A DNA stretch of 64,000 nucleotides from Fervidicoccaceae archaeon (GTDB lineage Archaea; Thermoproteota; Thermoprotei_A; Sulfolobales; Fervidicoccaceae). Positions 48,693 through 57,272 of this stretch are shown here, in pieces (position 1 is the stretch's first letter; each line of letters begins with the position of its first letter). The position numbers were made by a program, and so were the translations under genes. The notes beneath the pieces are model-generated. The model had not been told where the DNA came from, ran no database searches, and saw nothing but the letters and a program-made list of their open reading frames with translations. The stretch lies in the NCBI GenBank assembly GCA_038734945.1, contig JAVYOA010000009.1, positions 310,001-374,000 on the forward strand, given 5' to 3'.

Positions 48693-49739
48693 TTATGGTC
48701 CAAAGAGTGCTCCTAGCCCACTTGCCAGCTCTTCCTCACTGAGCTCCTTCTTCTCTTCCTCTTCAGCCTTCTCTTCCTTCTTCTCCTCCTTTGGTTTCTG
48801 CTCTGCAGCTGGCTGTGCTGGAGCTACTGCTGCAGCTACAGGCTCGATGCCTATTTCTTTAGCTTTCTCTCCCATAGCTGCAACTAGAACATTTGCCCTT
48901 CTCACAGCAGCAGAGATGACAGCCTCTGCTGTTTCAGGTGTGATGAAAGCTGACTCAGCAGCAATCGACAGAGCTCTCCTATATGCTTTTGCTATGGATA
49001 TTTTCAGGACTTCTGGCTCAGGATAAGCTATTTCTGAAGCAAAATTGATTGCCAAAGAGTAAGCCAGAGCTATTTCTTGTGCATACTTATCTACATCCAG
49101 CTTGAGCTGCTCTTCTTCTAAAACCATCCCATTTTCTAGAACGAACTCTATTTTTACCCCCACTTCTCCAGGAAATATTCCAAGCCTCTGAAGCATTGAA
49201 GCGAGGTCCTCACTTATTATATCTCCTGGTTTTGCGAGAACTGTTCTCTTTGCTATCCAAATTGTTCCGCCTTGAACCTTTGTGGGTATCCTGAGCTTTC
49301 CAAATGCGCTCAGCAGAGGCCCCGGAGGCAGCTTTGTATCCATTGGCTCGACAGCTATTTCCTTTTCTACCTTCATGCCTGCCTTTGCTGGAGCAGGTAG
49401 CTTTATTCTGCTTATGGAACTATATAGTAGGAAGGGATTTAGCTTGGAGAAGATAAAGATCTTTTGTCCTCTTACTCTTCTTTCGAGTTCCTCAAGTCCC
49501 TTTACTCCAGAGAGTTTCGCAGCCAGTAGGAACAGATTATTCTTAGTGCTCCTAATAACAATTTTTCCTCTATATTTTTTACTTATGAAGAACTTAACTT
49601 TCTGCAACAGATCCGCTGGAAGTGAGCTTGCATCGATAGCAGCAATGACTGGATACTCATTTATGAGCTTGATGAGCTCCTCGACTTCCTTTTTCTTGCT
49701 TTCCGGTATTTCCTTTCTTTTCTGCAGTAATCTCAACAC
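48693..49739 (-). CDS. rplP0: 50S ribosomal protein uL10 (P0)
   Basis: KNNLF, NPF, PAKAG, PPGP, acidic tail ending GLGALFG. Confidence 0.95.
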   Translation of the reverse strand: MLRLLQKRKEIPESKKKEVEELIKLINEYPVIAAIDASSLPADLLQKVKFFISKKYRGKIVIRSTKNNLFLLAAKLSGVKGLEELERRVRGQKIFIFSKLNPFLLYSSISRIKLPAPAKAGMKVEKEIAVEPMDTKLPPGPLLSAFGKLRIPTKVQGGTIWIAKRTVLAKPGDIISEDLASMLQRLGIFPGEVGVKIEFVLENGMVLEEEQLKLDVDKYAQEIALAYSLAINFASEIAYPEPEVLKISIAKAYRRALSIAAESAFITPETAEAVISAAVRRANVLVAAMGEKAKEIGIEPVAAAVAPAQPAAEQKPKEEKKEEKAEEEEKKELSEEELASGLGALFGP

Positions 49740-49742
49740 TTT

Positions 49743-50411
49743 TCACCTCATTTTAACTTTAATTGGAGAGCTCATAGTTTTCTTGAAATAAATTGCCGAG
49801 ACATTGGAGAGAGACTTCAGTTTATTTTCAATAGCACTTAATACAGCTAAAGCATTTTCCCTAAGCTCTTCTGGTGTATTGTCTTCGCTCCCAATTCTCA
49901 CTTGGATCTGAGGCTGATCTTTTATTCTAACTATTGCAAGTCTTTTATATCTCTCAAGCAGGGACGACAAATCTACTCTGGGGGGTAGGGGGAGGGGAGC
50001 TTTCCCTCTTGGTCCAAGAACAGGACCAAGAACTCTACCCGTCAAAGCCATGAGATCTGTCTGTACTAAAACCACATCGCATACTCTTGCCAGCTTCTTA
50101 GCCTTCTTCTTATCTTTTCCCAGTTCATCAAGCAACTGCTTATCTATAACATTCTTTACATTTAAATTCTTTGCCTGCACCGCTAGATCTCCGTCAGCTA
50201 CGATGCATATTTCCGGGTCCTTCTTTGGAGAGTATGGAAGGAAAACTTGCTCCCTAATTTTGAATTCAGGCTTTTTCGGATCTATATCCTTGAATACTAC
50301 TATCATTTCTATGCTTTGTTTGAACTTCCTTTTCTGTCCCTTGCTGAGCAAATCTTTGATTGCCTCATCGAGCTTCGAGGAAAGTGCAACTGCCTGCGAC
50401 ATTCTAATCAC
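49743..50411 (-). CDS. rpl1: 50S ribosomal protein uL1
   Basis: RKFKQSIE, LGPVLGPRGK, KTMS. Confidence 0.95.
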   Translation of the reverse strand: MIRMSQAVALSSKLDEAIKDLLSKGQKRKFKQSIEMIVVFKDIDPKKPEFKIREQVFLPYSPKKDPEICIVADGDLAVQAKNLNVKNVIDKQLLDELGKDKKKAKKLARVCDVVLVQTDLMALTGRVLGPVLGPRGKAPLPLPPRVDLSSLLERYKRLAIVRIKDQPQIQVRIGSEDNTPEELRENALAVLSAIENKLKSLSNVSAIYFKKTMSSPIKVKMR

Positions 50412-50460
50412 CAGCTTATTAGCTCAATCCATATGAGTTTTCTCAGTTAAAAAACCCTGC

Positions 50461-50967
50461 TTATGCCTCCTCATATTCCTTAGCGTATTTATCCAACACC
50501 GAATCATAAGCTCCACTCTGAATTTCCCTCACAACATCCTTTGGATCCTTTCCATTAATCGTTAATCCTATGCTTTTAGCAGTCCCCAGCAAAGACTTTA
50601 CTGCACTCTTTATGGTCTTTGCCTTCAGCTCATCCTTCAAAGCAATAGCTATTTCTGCTAGCGATTCAATGCTCAGATCCCCAACTTTCTTGTGGCCCGG
50701 ATCTCCACTTGGCTCCTTTGCTCCAGCCTTCCATAGCAAGACATCAGAAACGGGCGGAGGAATTACTTCCACGAGATAGTCTCTGCTCTTCGTGTATATG
50801 TATATTCTCACCTTTACTTCCTTGCCCTTTAACCTTGTGAGCTTTATATTGAGATCGTTCAGCACCTTATTCGGATCGATCCCATAATTTTTCACTTCTT
50901 CAACGTCTTTACTTTTTACTTCCCCATTGGGAAGCACCAGATTAAGGATCTTCACTTCTTCACTCAT
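50461..50967 (-). CDS. rpl11: 50S ribosomal protein uL11 (divergent N-terminus)
   Basis: PPVSDVL, VGDLS, GTAKSIG, GAYD; position between spt5 and rpl1. Confidence 0.9.
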   Translation of the reverse strand: MSEEVKILNLVLPNGEVKSKDVEEVKNYGIDPNKVLNDLNIKLTRLKGKEVKVRIYIYTKSRDYLVEVIPPPVSDVLLWKAGAKEPSGDPGHKKVGDLSIESLAEIAIALKDELKAKTIKSAVKSLLGTAKSIGLTINGKDPKDVVREIQSGAYDSVLDKYAKEYEEA

Positions 50968-51445
50968 AGCTACTCCCCTTCTTGATAGGCTTTACATAAT
51001 CTCCGCTTACTGTTATTTTCAGAGGATAGGCAGACTCAAGTATATTGAGAACGAGCTCTTTCTTCTCCCTATCTACCTGAACCACTTGTGCCTTTATACC
51101 CTGGAGGGGCCCAGCTATCACTTCCACCATATCTCCAGGATTTAGCCCTTCGATAACCTCCTTTGGCTTTATAGCCCTCTCAACATCTTCTAAACTAAGA
51201 ATTCCCTGAACTCTCTTGCCAACATTTGGAAGATCTCTTGTTGCTAGGTCAACAATGCTGCTCTTTTGTGCCTCTATTATTATGTATCCCTTCATCTCCG
51301 GCTGTATTATGATTGAATACACATCCAAATTTTGTGATCTCACTCTCTTTTCAATAAGCATTGCTACATTTTGCTCCTGCCTAGCCTTCGTTTTAACTAA
51401 AAAAAATGATGATTTTTGCCTTTTACCTTCCTCCGTTTCGCTCAC
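50960..51445 (-). CDS. spt5: Transcription elongation factor Spt5
   Basis: QEQNVA, KGYIIIEA, KOW GDMVEVIAGP. Confidence 0.95.
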   Translation of the reverse strand: MSETEEGKRQKSSFFLVKTKARQEQNVAMLIEKRVRSQNLDVYSIIIQPEMKGYIIIEAQKSSIVDLATRDLPNVGKRVQGILSLEDVERAIKPKEVIEGLNPGDMVEVIAGPLQGIKAQVVQVDREKKELVLNILESAYPLKITVSGDYVKPIKKGSSYE

Positions 51446-51449
51446 AGTA

Positions 51450-51656
51450 TCATCCTCCCCTTATTGCTGGAAACACAACAGTGACTAGTATGTGGATTAT
51501 GTAAGCTATTGACCCCACTAAAGTGAATCCTAGGAGGTTTAGCCTCAACAGCAGCTTGAACTCCTCACTATCCGGCTTTCTGGACAGCTTCAGTATTCTC
51601 CTCCACATTGCCAGCATATCTTTTATTTTTCTGCTTAGCCCCTCCTCCTCACTCAT
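51450..51656 (-). CDS. secE: Protein translocase SecE/Sec61-gamma
   Basis: RILKLSRKPDSEEF plus single TM. Confidence 0.92.
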   Translation of the reverse strand: MSEEEGLSRKIKDMLAMWRRILKLSRKPDSEEFKLLLRLNLLGFTLVGSIAYIIHILVTVVFPAIRGG

Positions 51657-51702
51657 CTTTCTCCTCTCATATCTATTTTGAAGCCCGCGCCAGTTATAGA
51701 GG

Positions 51703-51777
51703 TGCCGCGGCCGGGATTTGAACCCGGGTCACGGGCTCGAAAGGCCCGCATACTTGACCGGGCTATACTACCGCGGC
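51703..51777 (-). tRNA. tRNA-Glu(TTC)
   Basis: Reverse complement GCCGCGG-TAGTATAGCCCGGTCAAGTATG-CGGGC-CTTTCGA-GCCCG-TGAC-CCGGGTTCAAATCCCGG-CCGCGGC-A(CC); TTATAAA box at 51803-51809. Confidence 0.97.
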
Positions 51778-51900
51778 TCGCTCTAAACTTTCCGTAATAG
51801 GGTTTATAATAGTTTATTTTTCAACTGAACTGCTCAACATTCTTTGCAAGAAGACTGGACTTCTTTAACAATTTCTCATTAGCATGAAACTGCTGTTATT

Positions 51901-52212
51901 CTACTTCTTATGGAAGCGGACACTCCTGAGATATGTTAGAGCTTTGTACATCATCATTATGAGAACTATTTGAGATAGATCAATCAACATTGTTGAATAT
52001 CCCCCCTTACTTTCCAATATGAACAGAGGATAAATTGAGAGCTTCGTTCCAAACGATTCTATATAAACATAAAAGGATGCAGCAAAGATTGCTCCAACTG
52101 CAATAGTGAGAAAAACCATTTTCTTCTTCATTTTTGGATTATCCGAATCCATGAGGACTAAGGCGAGAAAGAAGAAGAAAAGGAATGCGAGAATAGCCTG
52201 AACCAGCGCCAT
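51901..52212 (-). CDS. Hypothetical small membrane protein
   Basis: 103-aa ORF with 3 TMs and GGGGGT SD, lying between two tRNAs. Confidence 0.6.
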   Translation of the reverse strand: MALVQAILAFLFFFFLALVLMDSDNPKMKKKMVFLTIAVGAIFAASFYVYIESFGTKLSIYPLFILESKGGYSTMLIDLSQIVLIMMMYKALTYLRSVRFHKK

Positions 52213-52243
52213 TCATACCCCCTGCTCATTCAAATTTTTTAGG

Positions 52244-52319
52244 TGCGGCGGCCGGGATTTGAACCCGGGATCACCGGCTTGGGAGGCCGACGTCCTAGTC
52301 CAGGCTAGACGACCGCCGC
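52244..52319 (-). tRNA. tRNA-Gly(CCC)
   Basis: Reverse complement GCGGCGG-TCGTCTAGCCTGGACTAGGACG-TCGGC-CTCCCAA-GCCGG-TGATC-CCGGGTTCAAATCCCGG-CCGCCGC-A(CC). Confidence 0.97.
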
Positions 52320-52435
52320 ATATTTTTCAATCTTGGAATAAATTTTGAAAATTGCCTTTTAAGCTTTTAACACTTTTTGAATGTTTAGAAAGCACACATG
52401 CTAAAACACTTTGGGAAGGTCTAAGCTATTCCTTT

Positions 52436-52500
52436 GAGGCTCAGCATTTCCGGCTATCTTCACAGCATAGCTCGAGAGACCCTCTTTTCATCATAGCCTC
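52436..52500 (-). ncRNA. Box C/D methylation-guide sRNA
   Basis: GAGGC-T-ATGATGA(C)-AAAGAGGGTCTC-TCGA(D')-GCTATGCT-GTGAAGA(C')-TAGCCGGAAATG-CTGA(D)-GCCTC with terminal stem. Confidence 0.85.
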
Positions 52501-52528
52501 CTTACGACTAGGTTCTTGCTTTCCATGG

Positions 52529-52963
52529 TTATATATCAACTGTAAACTTTATCTTCCATAGGTCATTATCCTTTACTATGCTCATAAGAGAGTATGTTAC
52601 AGCCTTCACATGCGTTCTCTGCTCGTGCTTTTTCGGATCGAAGATTTCACCCTTTAGTTCTGCTTCAAGGTAAAAATCATTATCCAGTACAAGCTTCTCT
52701 ATCTTTGCCCTCTTCATGAGGAATCTCTGGGAATCAAATAGAAATAAGATTTCTTCAATCCATCTGTAAAGCAAGTTTTCGAGATCGAAGCCAGCTACAA
52801 TTATCCTCTTTTCATCCTTTTCATTCAGCGAGCTTCTATCAACCATAATCTCTGTTACTCCCTCTGCTGCGCATTCAAAAGCCCTCTCAAGAGTTTTTCC
52901 CCAGGCCAGAACTATGACATCTGCAGTATGCTCCTCATAATCGAAGCACCTCTCCCCCTGCAT
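52529..52963 (-). CDS. Archease
   Basis: EHTADV, GKTLERAF, VKAVTY, DI C-terminus. Confidence 0.93.
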   Translation of the reverse strand: MQGERCFDYEEHTADVIVLAWGKTLERAFECAAEGVTEIMVDRSSLNEKDEKRIIVAGFDLENLLYRWIEEILFLFDSQRFLMKRAKIEKLVLDNDFYLEAELKGEIFDPKKHEQRTHVKAVTYSLMSIVKDNDLWKIKFTVDI

Positions 52964-53009
52964 CTGAGACCCCCCGAATAATAATTAGACCCTCCAGATT
53001 AAAATTGAT

Positions 53010-53690
53010 TCAACTTAAGTTTTCCAGAAAGCAGAGCAATCTACTCGTTACTATCCATGCATCCAACTTCATTCCTTCATAGAAAGCTACTTTTTCTCTT
53101 GAAATTGAGAAGACTTTGCTAGAAAAATCACCTCTAGGAAATCCTCCAATACCAAAAGCATACGGAGGAAACTTATACTTTTTAAGCTCATTTTTTGGCA
53201 AATCTCTTCCCTTTTCATGCAGAAGAACTAGCATTTCAACTCCAATATCCTTCAGAAAATCTTCCAAGTTCATACCTTGTTTGAGGCTTAGCAATGGGTA
53301 GCTAGGAGAGGGAACGGTACCTTTCATAAACAGCTGTTGAATCAGACCTACAAATTGAAAATAATTTTTTGGAATTCGTGCATCTTCCCTCACATCTATT
53401 ATATTTCCATTCCTAGTATGCACATATACCTTGAGCTTACCCTTCAAATTCAATGGTGAGTACTGCGTCGCCAATAGGAATTGATGCACTATATCCGGCC
53501 TTCCCCTATTCATTGATATTCCAAAACGTTTCATCTCTCTGTGAAAAACACTGACATCCAACAAAAGAAACTCAGGAGGTATTCCATATCTCTTCGATAA
53601 TGCCTTTGCCTTCTTTGTCTTTATCAGCTTTCCAGGAAGTGTTTCTAGAGAGCTTTCCAATAACAGCAACACATATTTCTCCTTTTCCAT
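53010..53690 (-). CDS. nep1: 16S rRNA pseudouridine methyltransferase Nep1/Emg1
   Basis: RGRPDIVH, SPLN, RIPKNY, GGFPRGDF. Confidence 0.92.
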   Translation of the reverse strand: MEKEKYVLLLLESSLETLPGKLIKTKKAKALSKRYGIPPEFLLLDVSVFHREMKRFGISMNRGRPDIVHQFLLATQYSPLNLKGKLKVYVHTRNGNIIDVREDARIPKNYFQFVGLIQQLFMKGTVPSPSYPLLSLKQGMNLEDFLKDIGVEMLVLLHEKGRDLPKNELKKYKFPPYAFGIGGFPRGDFSSKVFSISREKVAFYEGMKLDAWIVTSRLLCFLENLS

Positions 53691-53870
53691 ACAACGGAAC
53701 AGCCTCTGCCTGAATTTTCATTTTAGGAGACTCTCTAAAATATCATAGTATATCGAAAATTTGTTAATTATTTGAGAAAACGACATAATCAAAAATAACA
53801 TTCTATTATTAATTTTCAAAGATCTTTTTAACTGGTCTAAAAAAATAAAGACCTTTTGATGGTGAGGATT

Positions 53871-54767
53871 ATGGAATGTGAGCCATCGATTATAGTACAC
53901 GGTGGGGCAGGAAGATGGAGTCTAATCTCTTCTGATAGATTGGAAAAAGCAAGAAGGGTGCTATTCGAGTCTGCCCAATATGGTTTCAATAGATTGAGCA
54001 TGGGATCTTCTGCAGTTGAAGCTGTAGTGGAGGCTATTTCGTACCTAGAAGATTCGGGAGAATTCAATGCTGGAAGGGGATCAGTTTTCAATGCTGATGG
54101 CTACATTGAGATGGATGCCGGAGTAATGGACGGAAAAAAGTTCGACGCAGGTGCAGTTGCAGCTCTGAGGGGAATAGCTAATCCAATAAGAGTGGCTCTC
54201 TTGGTCATGAAAAAAACTCCTCACGTTATCCTCTCTGGTGAAGGGGCTAGAAAATTTGCACTCGAAAATGGATTTAAAGAGGAGAGCGATCTTCTCAAAC
54301 GAGCTATTATATCAAATGTTTCAATGGAGAGGGCAAAATGGCGAAGCGACACTGTTGGAGCAGTCGCGATAGATTCCAATTGTGGAACTGCTGCTGGAGC
54401 TAGCACTGGAGGCATATCTGGAAAGCTACCTGGTAGGATAGGAGACACTCCAATACCTGGAGCAGGATTCTTCGCTAATCACTTTGCTGCAGCAGCTTCG
54501 ACCGGAATCGGAGAACTTATAACTCTTCTTGGCATTTCCAGAGCAGTTGTCGAGGAGGCCACTTTGCTTGGGTCAATTAACATTTCTGGAAGGACGCTCC
54601 TGCAATACGTCAACAGCAGATTCAAGAGTGAAACATTTGGCTTGATAGGATTAGATATCCTGGGAAACTATTTAGCAATATACAACACGGAATCCATGCC
54701 ATTTGCTCTGTTTAAAAAATCAATGAAAGAGCCTATTATTGGAGGATTCCCACGTTCTTCAATTTAG
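53871..54767 (+). CDS. Isoaspartyl peptidase / plant-type L-asparaginase
   Basis: VHGGAG, FNAGRGS, DTVGAVA, STGG..GRIGDTP. Confidence 0.93.
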   Translation: MECEPSIIVHGGAGRWSLISSDRLEKARRVLFESAQYGFNRLSMGSSAVEAVVEAISYLEDSGEFNAGRGSVFNADGYIEMDAGVMDGKKFDAGAVAALRGIANPIRVALLVMKKTPHVILSGEGARKFALENGFKEESDLLKRAIISNVSMERAKWRSDTVGAVAIDSNCGTAAGASTGGISGKLPGRIGDTPIPGAGFFANHFAAAASTGIGELITLLGISRAVVEEATLLGSINISGRTLLQYVNSRFKSETFGLIGLDILGNYLAIYNTESMPFALFKKSMKEPIIGGFPRSSI

Positions 54768-54993
54768 CGGATCTGAGAACAAATGTATGACCTCTTATCT
54801 CAACTAGCTCTGCTCCACAGAGCGAAGCAATTTGTTCTGCAATTTCCCTTCTGTTTTTTCCCTGTTCTAGCAGATTTCTATTTATCCTAACTTTAATTTC
54901 TTTCTCAATTTCCAACCTTCTCTTTATCTCATTGATTATGCCTTCCGTTATTCCACCTTTTCCTACTCTTACTTCATTTTTTCCCATATTCAT
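54736..54993 (-). CDS. YhbY/CRM RNA-binding protein
   Basis: VRVGKGGITEGIINEI, IRGHTFVL. Confidence 0.88.
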   Translation of the reverse strand: MNMGKNEVRVGKGGITEGIINEIKRRLEIEKEIKVRINRNLLEQGKNRREIAEQIASLCGAELVEIRGHTFVLRSAKLKNVGILQ

Positions 54994-55289
54994 TCCCTCA
55001 ACATCTTTTTTCTGTACCAGCCGCAGACTAAGCATTTTATACCTAAATAAGCTATCTTTCCCTTGGAATGTATTCTATATCTGCCCGTTCTGCCTGGAAT
55101 TAATATCGAGCCGCATTTTCGACATATGAAGATTGATCTGCTTCTGTCAAATCTTACATTAAGCTTCCGTGAAAGCATCAAAACATTCATTCCAAGCGTC
55201 CTTTCATCGATATCTTTGTTCTTCAGGGCAATAATTATTGATTTGTCAAAGGCCCTATAAACTTCAGCTTTTCTTCTCTCATTTCTCAA
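54990..55289 (-). CDS. rnp4: RNase P protein component 4 (Rpp21)
   Basis: ICRKCGSILIPG...CLVCGW Zn ribbon. Confidence 0.85.
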   Translation of the reverse strand: MRNERRKAEVYRAFDKSIIIALKNKDIDERTLGMNVLMLSRKLNVRFDRSRSIFICRKCGSILIPGRTGRYRIHSKGKIAYLGIKCLVCGWYRKKMLRE

Positions 55290-56227
55290 CTACCATCGCC
55301 GCCAAGCAATGTTGAAATCAACCATTCTCTGCTGAAAGGCCTCAGATCCTCATATTTTTGACCTGTACCTACATAGAATATTGGCTTGCCAGTCTCCATG
55401 GCTATACTCAGGGCACTACCCCCTTTAGTGTCAGCATCTGCCTTTGTAAGTATAAATCCATCGACACCAATCTCTCTATCATAAGTAATAGACTGCTCAA
55501 CGGCATCGTTTCCTGTCAGCGAATCCACAACCAGCAATTTGAGATCCGGGTTAACTACTCTCACTACTTTTTTCAATTCCTCGATTAAGTCTCTGTCTAT
55601 ATGCATTCTACCCGCTGTATCCAAGAGGATCAGGCAAAGATTCCTCTTTTTAGCATAAACTATTGAATCAAATCCAACTGATGCTGAATCGCTACCATAT
55701 TTAGCTTTGATTATTGGAACTCCCAACCTATTTGCGTGAGTCTCAAGTTGCTCCTGCGATCCGGCCCTAAATGTATCTCCAGCAACTATGAGCGGAGTCA
55801 TTCCCCTCTTTTTGACCATATATGCTATTTTTGCTATGCTTGTAGTCTTTCCAACACCATTGACTCCCATGAAGACAACAACGAAAGGTTCCTTCCTTTC
55901 TTCGCATTTTTGAAATGCTGCGTTAACAAGGTCGAAGTTTGATTCTCTTACTTCTTCCATGATGATATTTTTAAGGGAATCCCTCACAATTTTCCCAAAA
56001 TCTTCCCCCTTTTTAACTCTCTTTCCAAGAAGTTGAGATCTCAATCTTTCAACTATTTTTTCTGCTGTCTGGTATGCCACATCATTTTGAACAAGTTCAA
56101 TTAAAAGAGAATCAAGAGGCTCTTCTAGATCTTTCTCGGTAATTTCTCTAGTTCCAACTCTGGTAGATACATTCTCTATAAACTTCGAAAAGGTATTCTT
56201 GAGCGCATTGAACATTCTTAGCTTCAC
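55286..56227 (-). CDS. ftsY: SRP receptor FtsY
   Basis: GVNGVGKTT, DTFRA, DTAGR, TKAD..KGG. Confidence 0.96.
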   Translation of the reverse strand: MKLRMFNALKNTFSKFIENVSTRVGTREITEKDLEEPLDSLLIELVQNDVAYQTAEKIVERLRSQLLGKRVKKGEDFGKIVRDSLKNIIMEEVRESNFDLVNAAFQKCEERKEPFVVVFMGVNGVGKTTSIAKIAYMVKKRGMTPLIVAGDTFRAGSQEQLETHANRLGVPIIKAKYGSDSASVGFDSIVYAKKRNLCLILLDTAGRMHIDRDLIEELKKVVRVVNPDLKLLVVDSLTGNDAVEQSITYDREIGVDGFILTKADADTKGGSALSIAMETGKPIFYVGTGQKYEDLRPFSREWLISTLLGGDGS

Positions 56228-56235
56228 ACAGTCTC

Positions 56236-56667
56236 CTACTTCTGTGAGGCGAGTGAATATACAAGAGCCTGCAAACGCTGATACTCCTTTGTTCTGTATT
56301 CCAGCTCTTTTGCTACTCTCTCTATTTCACTCTTCAAAGTCTGTTCCCTATCTTCGAGCAGTTTAACAGCATCTCCAAAAGAATCCTCAACATATATTCC
56401 TAGTCCCAGATGAACTATTGCTGCAGGTGCTACTTCTCCTCTGAACCTAACTAGCGAGTTTCCATGCTTATCAATGGATATCAGCATTTCCCCCTGCGTT
56501 CCAGACTGCAATTTCTTTATCCCCTCAATGGCAGTTCTTGTTTCTATAAGCCTCTCGTTTAGATCCTCAATTATCTCTCTCAGCCCTGCTATGTATTTTT
56601 CTAGCCTATCTATTGTTTGCAGTAGTGCACTTGCATCAATCTGCACTTTTTCGCTCAAGCGCTCCAC
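56236..56667 (-). CDS. pfdA: Prefoldin alpha subunit
   Basis: Coiled coils flanking IVHLGLGIYVE; conserved position between rplX and ftsY. Confidence 0.85.
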   Translation of the reverse strand: MERLSEKVQIDASALLQTIDRLEKYIAGLREIIEDLNERLIETRTAIEGIKKLQSGTQGEMLISIDKHGNSLVRFRGEVAPAAIVHLGLGIYVEDSFGDAVKLLEDREQTLKSEIERVAKELEYRTKEYQRLQALVYSLASQK

Positions 56668-56903
56668 CCTTTCAGCTCGAGAAGCTCTAAAGTATTCTTG
56701 CTCATTGGTTCCTCAGTTTCCTTTATTTCTTCAATCTTTATGTGATATCTCTTCAGTTTATGCTTGCTCCCAAGGATAGAATACACTTTTTCCTTTACAT
56801 CTTTTTCCGAAATTCCTGTAACTTCCAACATGAAAGGTTGCTCTTTCGGGAAATGGTCATGTGATAACAGCATTTTTCCCTTTACAATGAAGATTTTGGG
56901 CAT
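56655..56903 (-). CDS. rplX: 50S ribosomal protein eL20 (LX/L18Ae)
   Basis: EKVYSILGSKHKLKR..IKIEEI. Confidence 0.92.
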   Translation of the reverse strand: MPKIFIVKGKMLLSHDHFPKEQPFMLEVTGISEKDVKEKVYSILGSKHKLKRYHIKIEEIKETEEPMSKNTLELLELKGWSA

Positions 56904-57063
56904 CTGTGCTTTTCCTCCTCTAGCTATTACCTTTCTGCGCAAATTTTCATATTGAAGATAAGGTTATTAAACCTGTCTGAGTCTGGTCAAACTTTCTGCT
57001 AAACAGCAAATTCGCTATTTTGTTCAGTATTTTGCTAAGAGGAGCAATCACAGATAGCTTCAT

Positions 57064-57272
57064 GTGAACTCCTTCCTATAGCGAGAATATTCCAGCACTT
57101 GAGCTATATTAATTCATGCTTTTAAATCCTGCTGTGTTCCTTTCTGAAGCATGGCAAATACATTACATAGATGCTGCTATGCGCGAAAGCATCATAATAC
57201 ATTTGAATATAGCAGATTTAAAATCAACACAATTTGTCTCCTTTCTAAGCATGGGTCTCCTTGCGAGATTAG
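57064..57272 (-). mobile_element. Non-autonomous IS200/IS605 (tnpB-derived) mini-element, copy 2 (more decayed)
   Basis: Alignable end to end with 15601-15815; 32-bp identity at 57137-57168; preceded by TTAT, ends GAGTTCAC. Confidence 0.78.

Noticed and set aside
48664..49026. Ala/Ser-rich + strand ORF resembling ribosomal P1/L12
   Set aside because: Antisense shadow of the uL10 acidic tail
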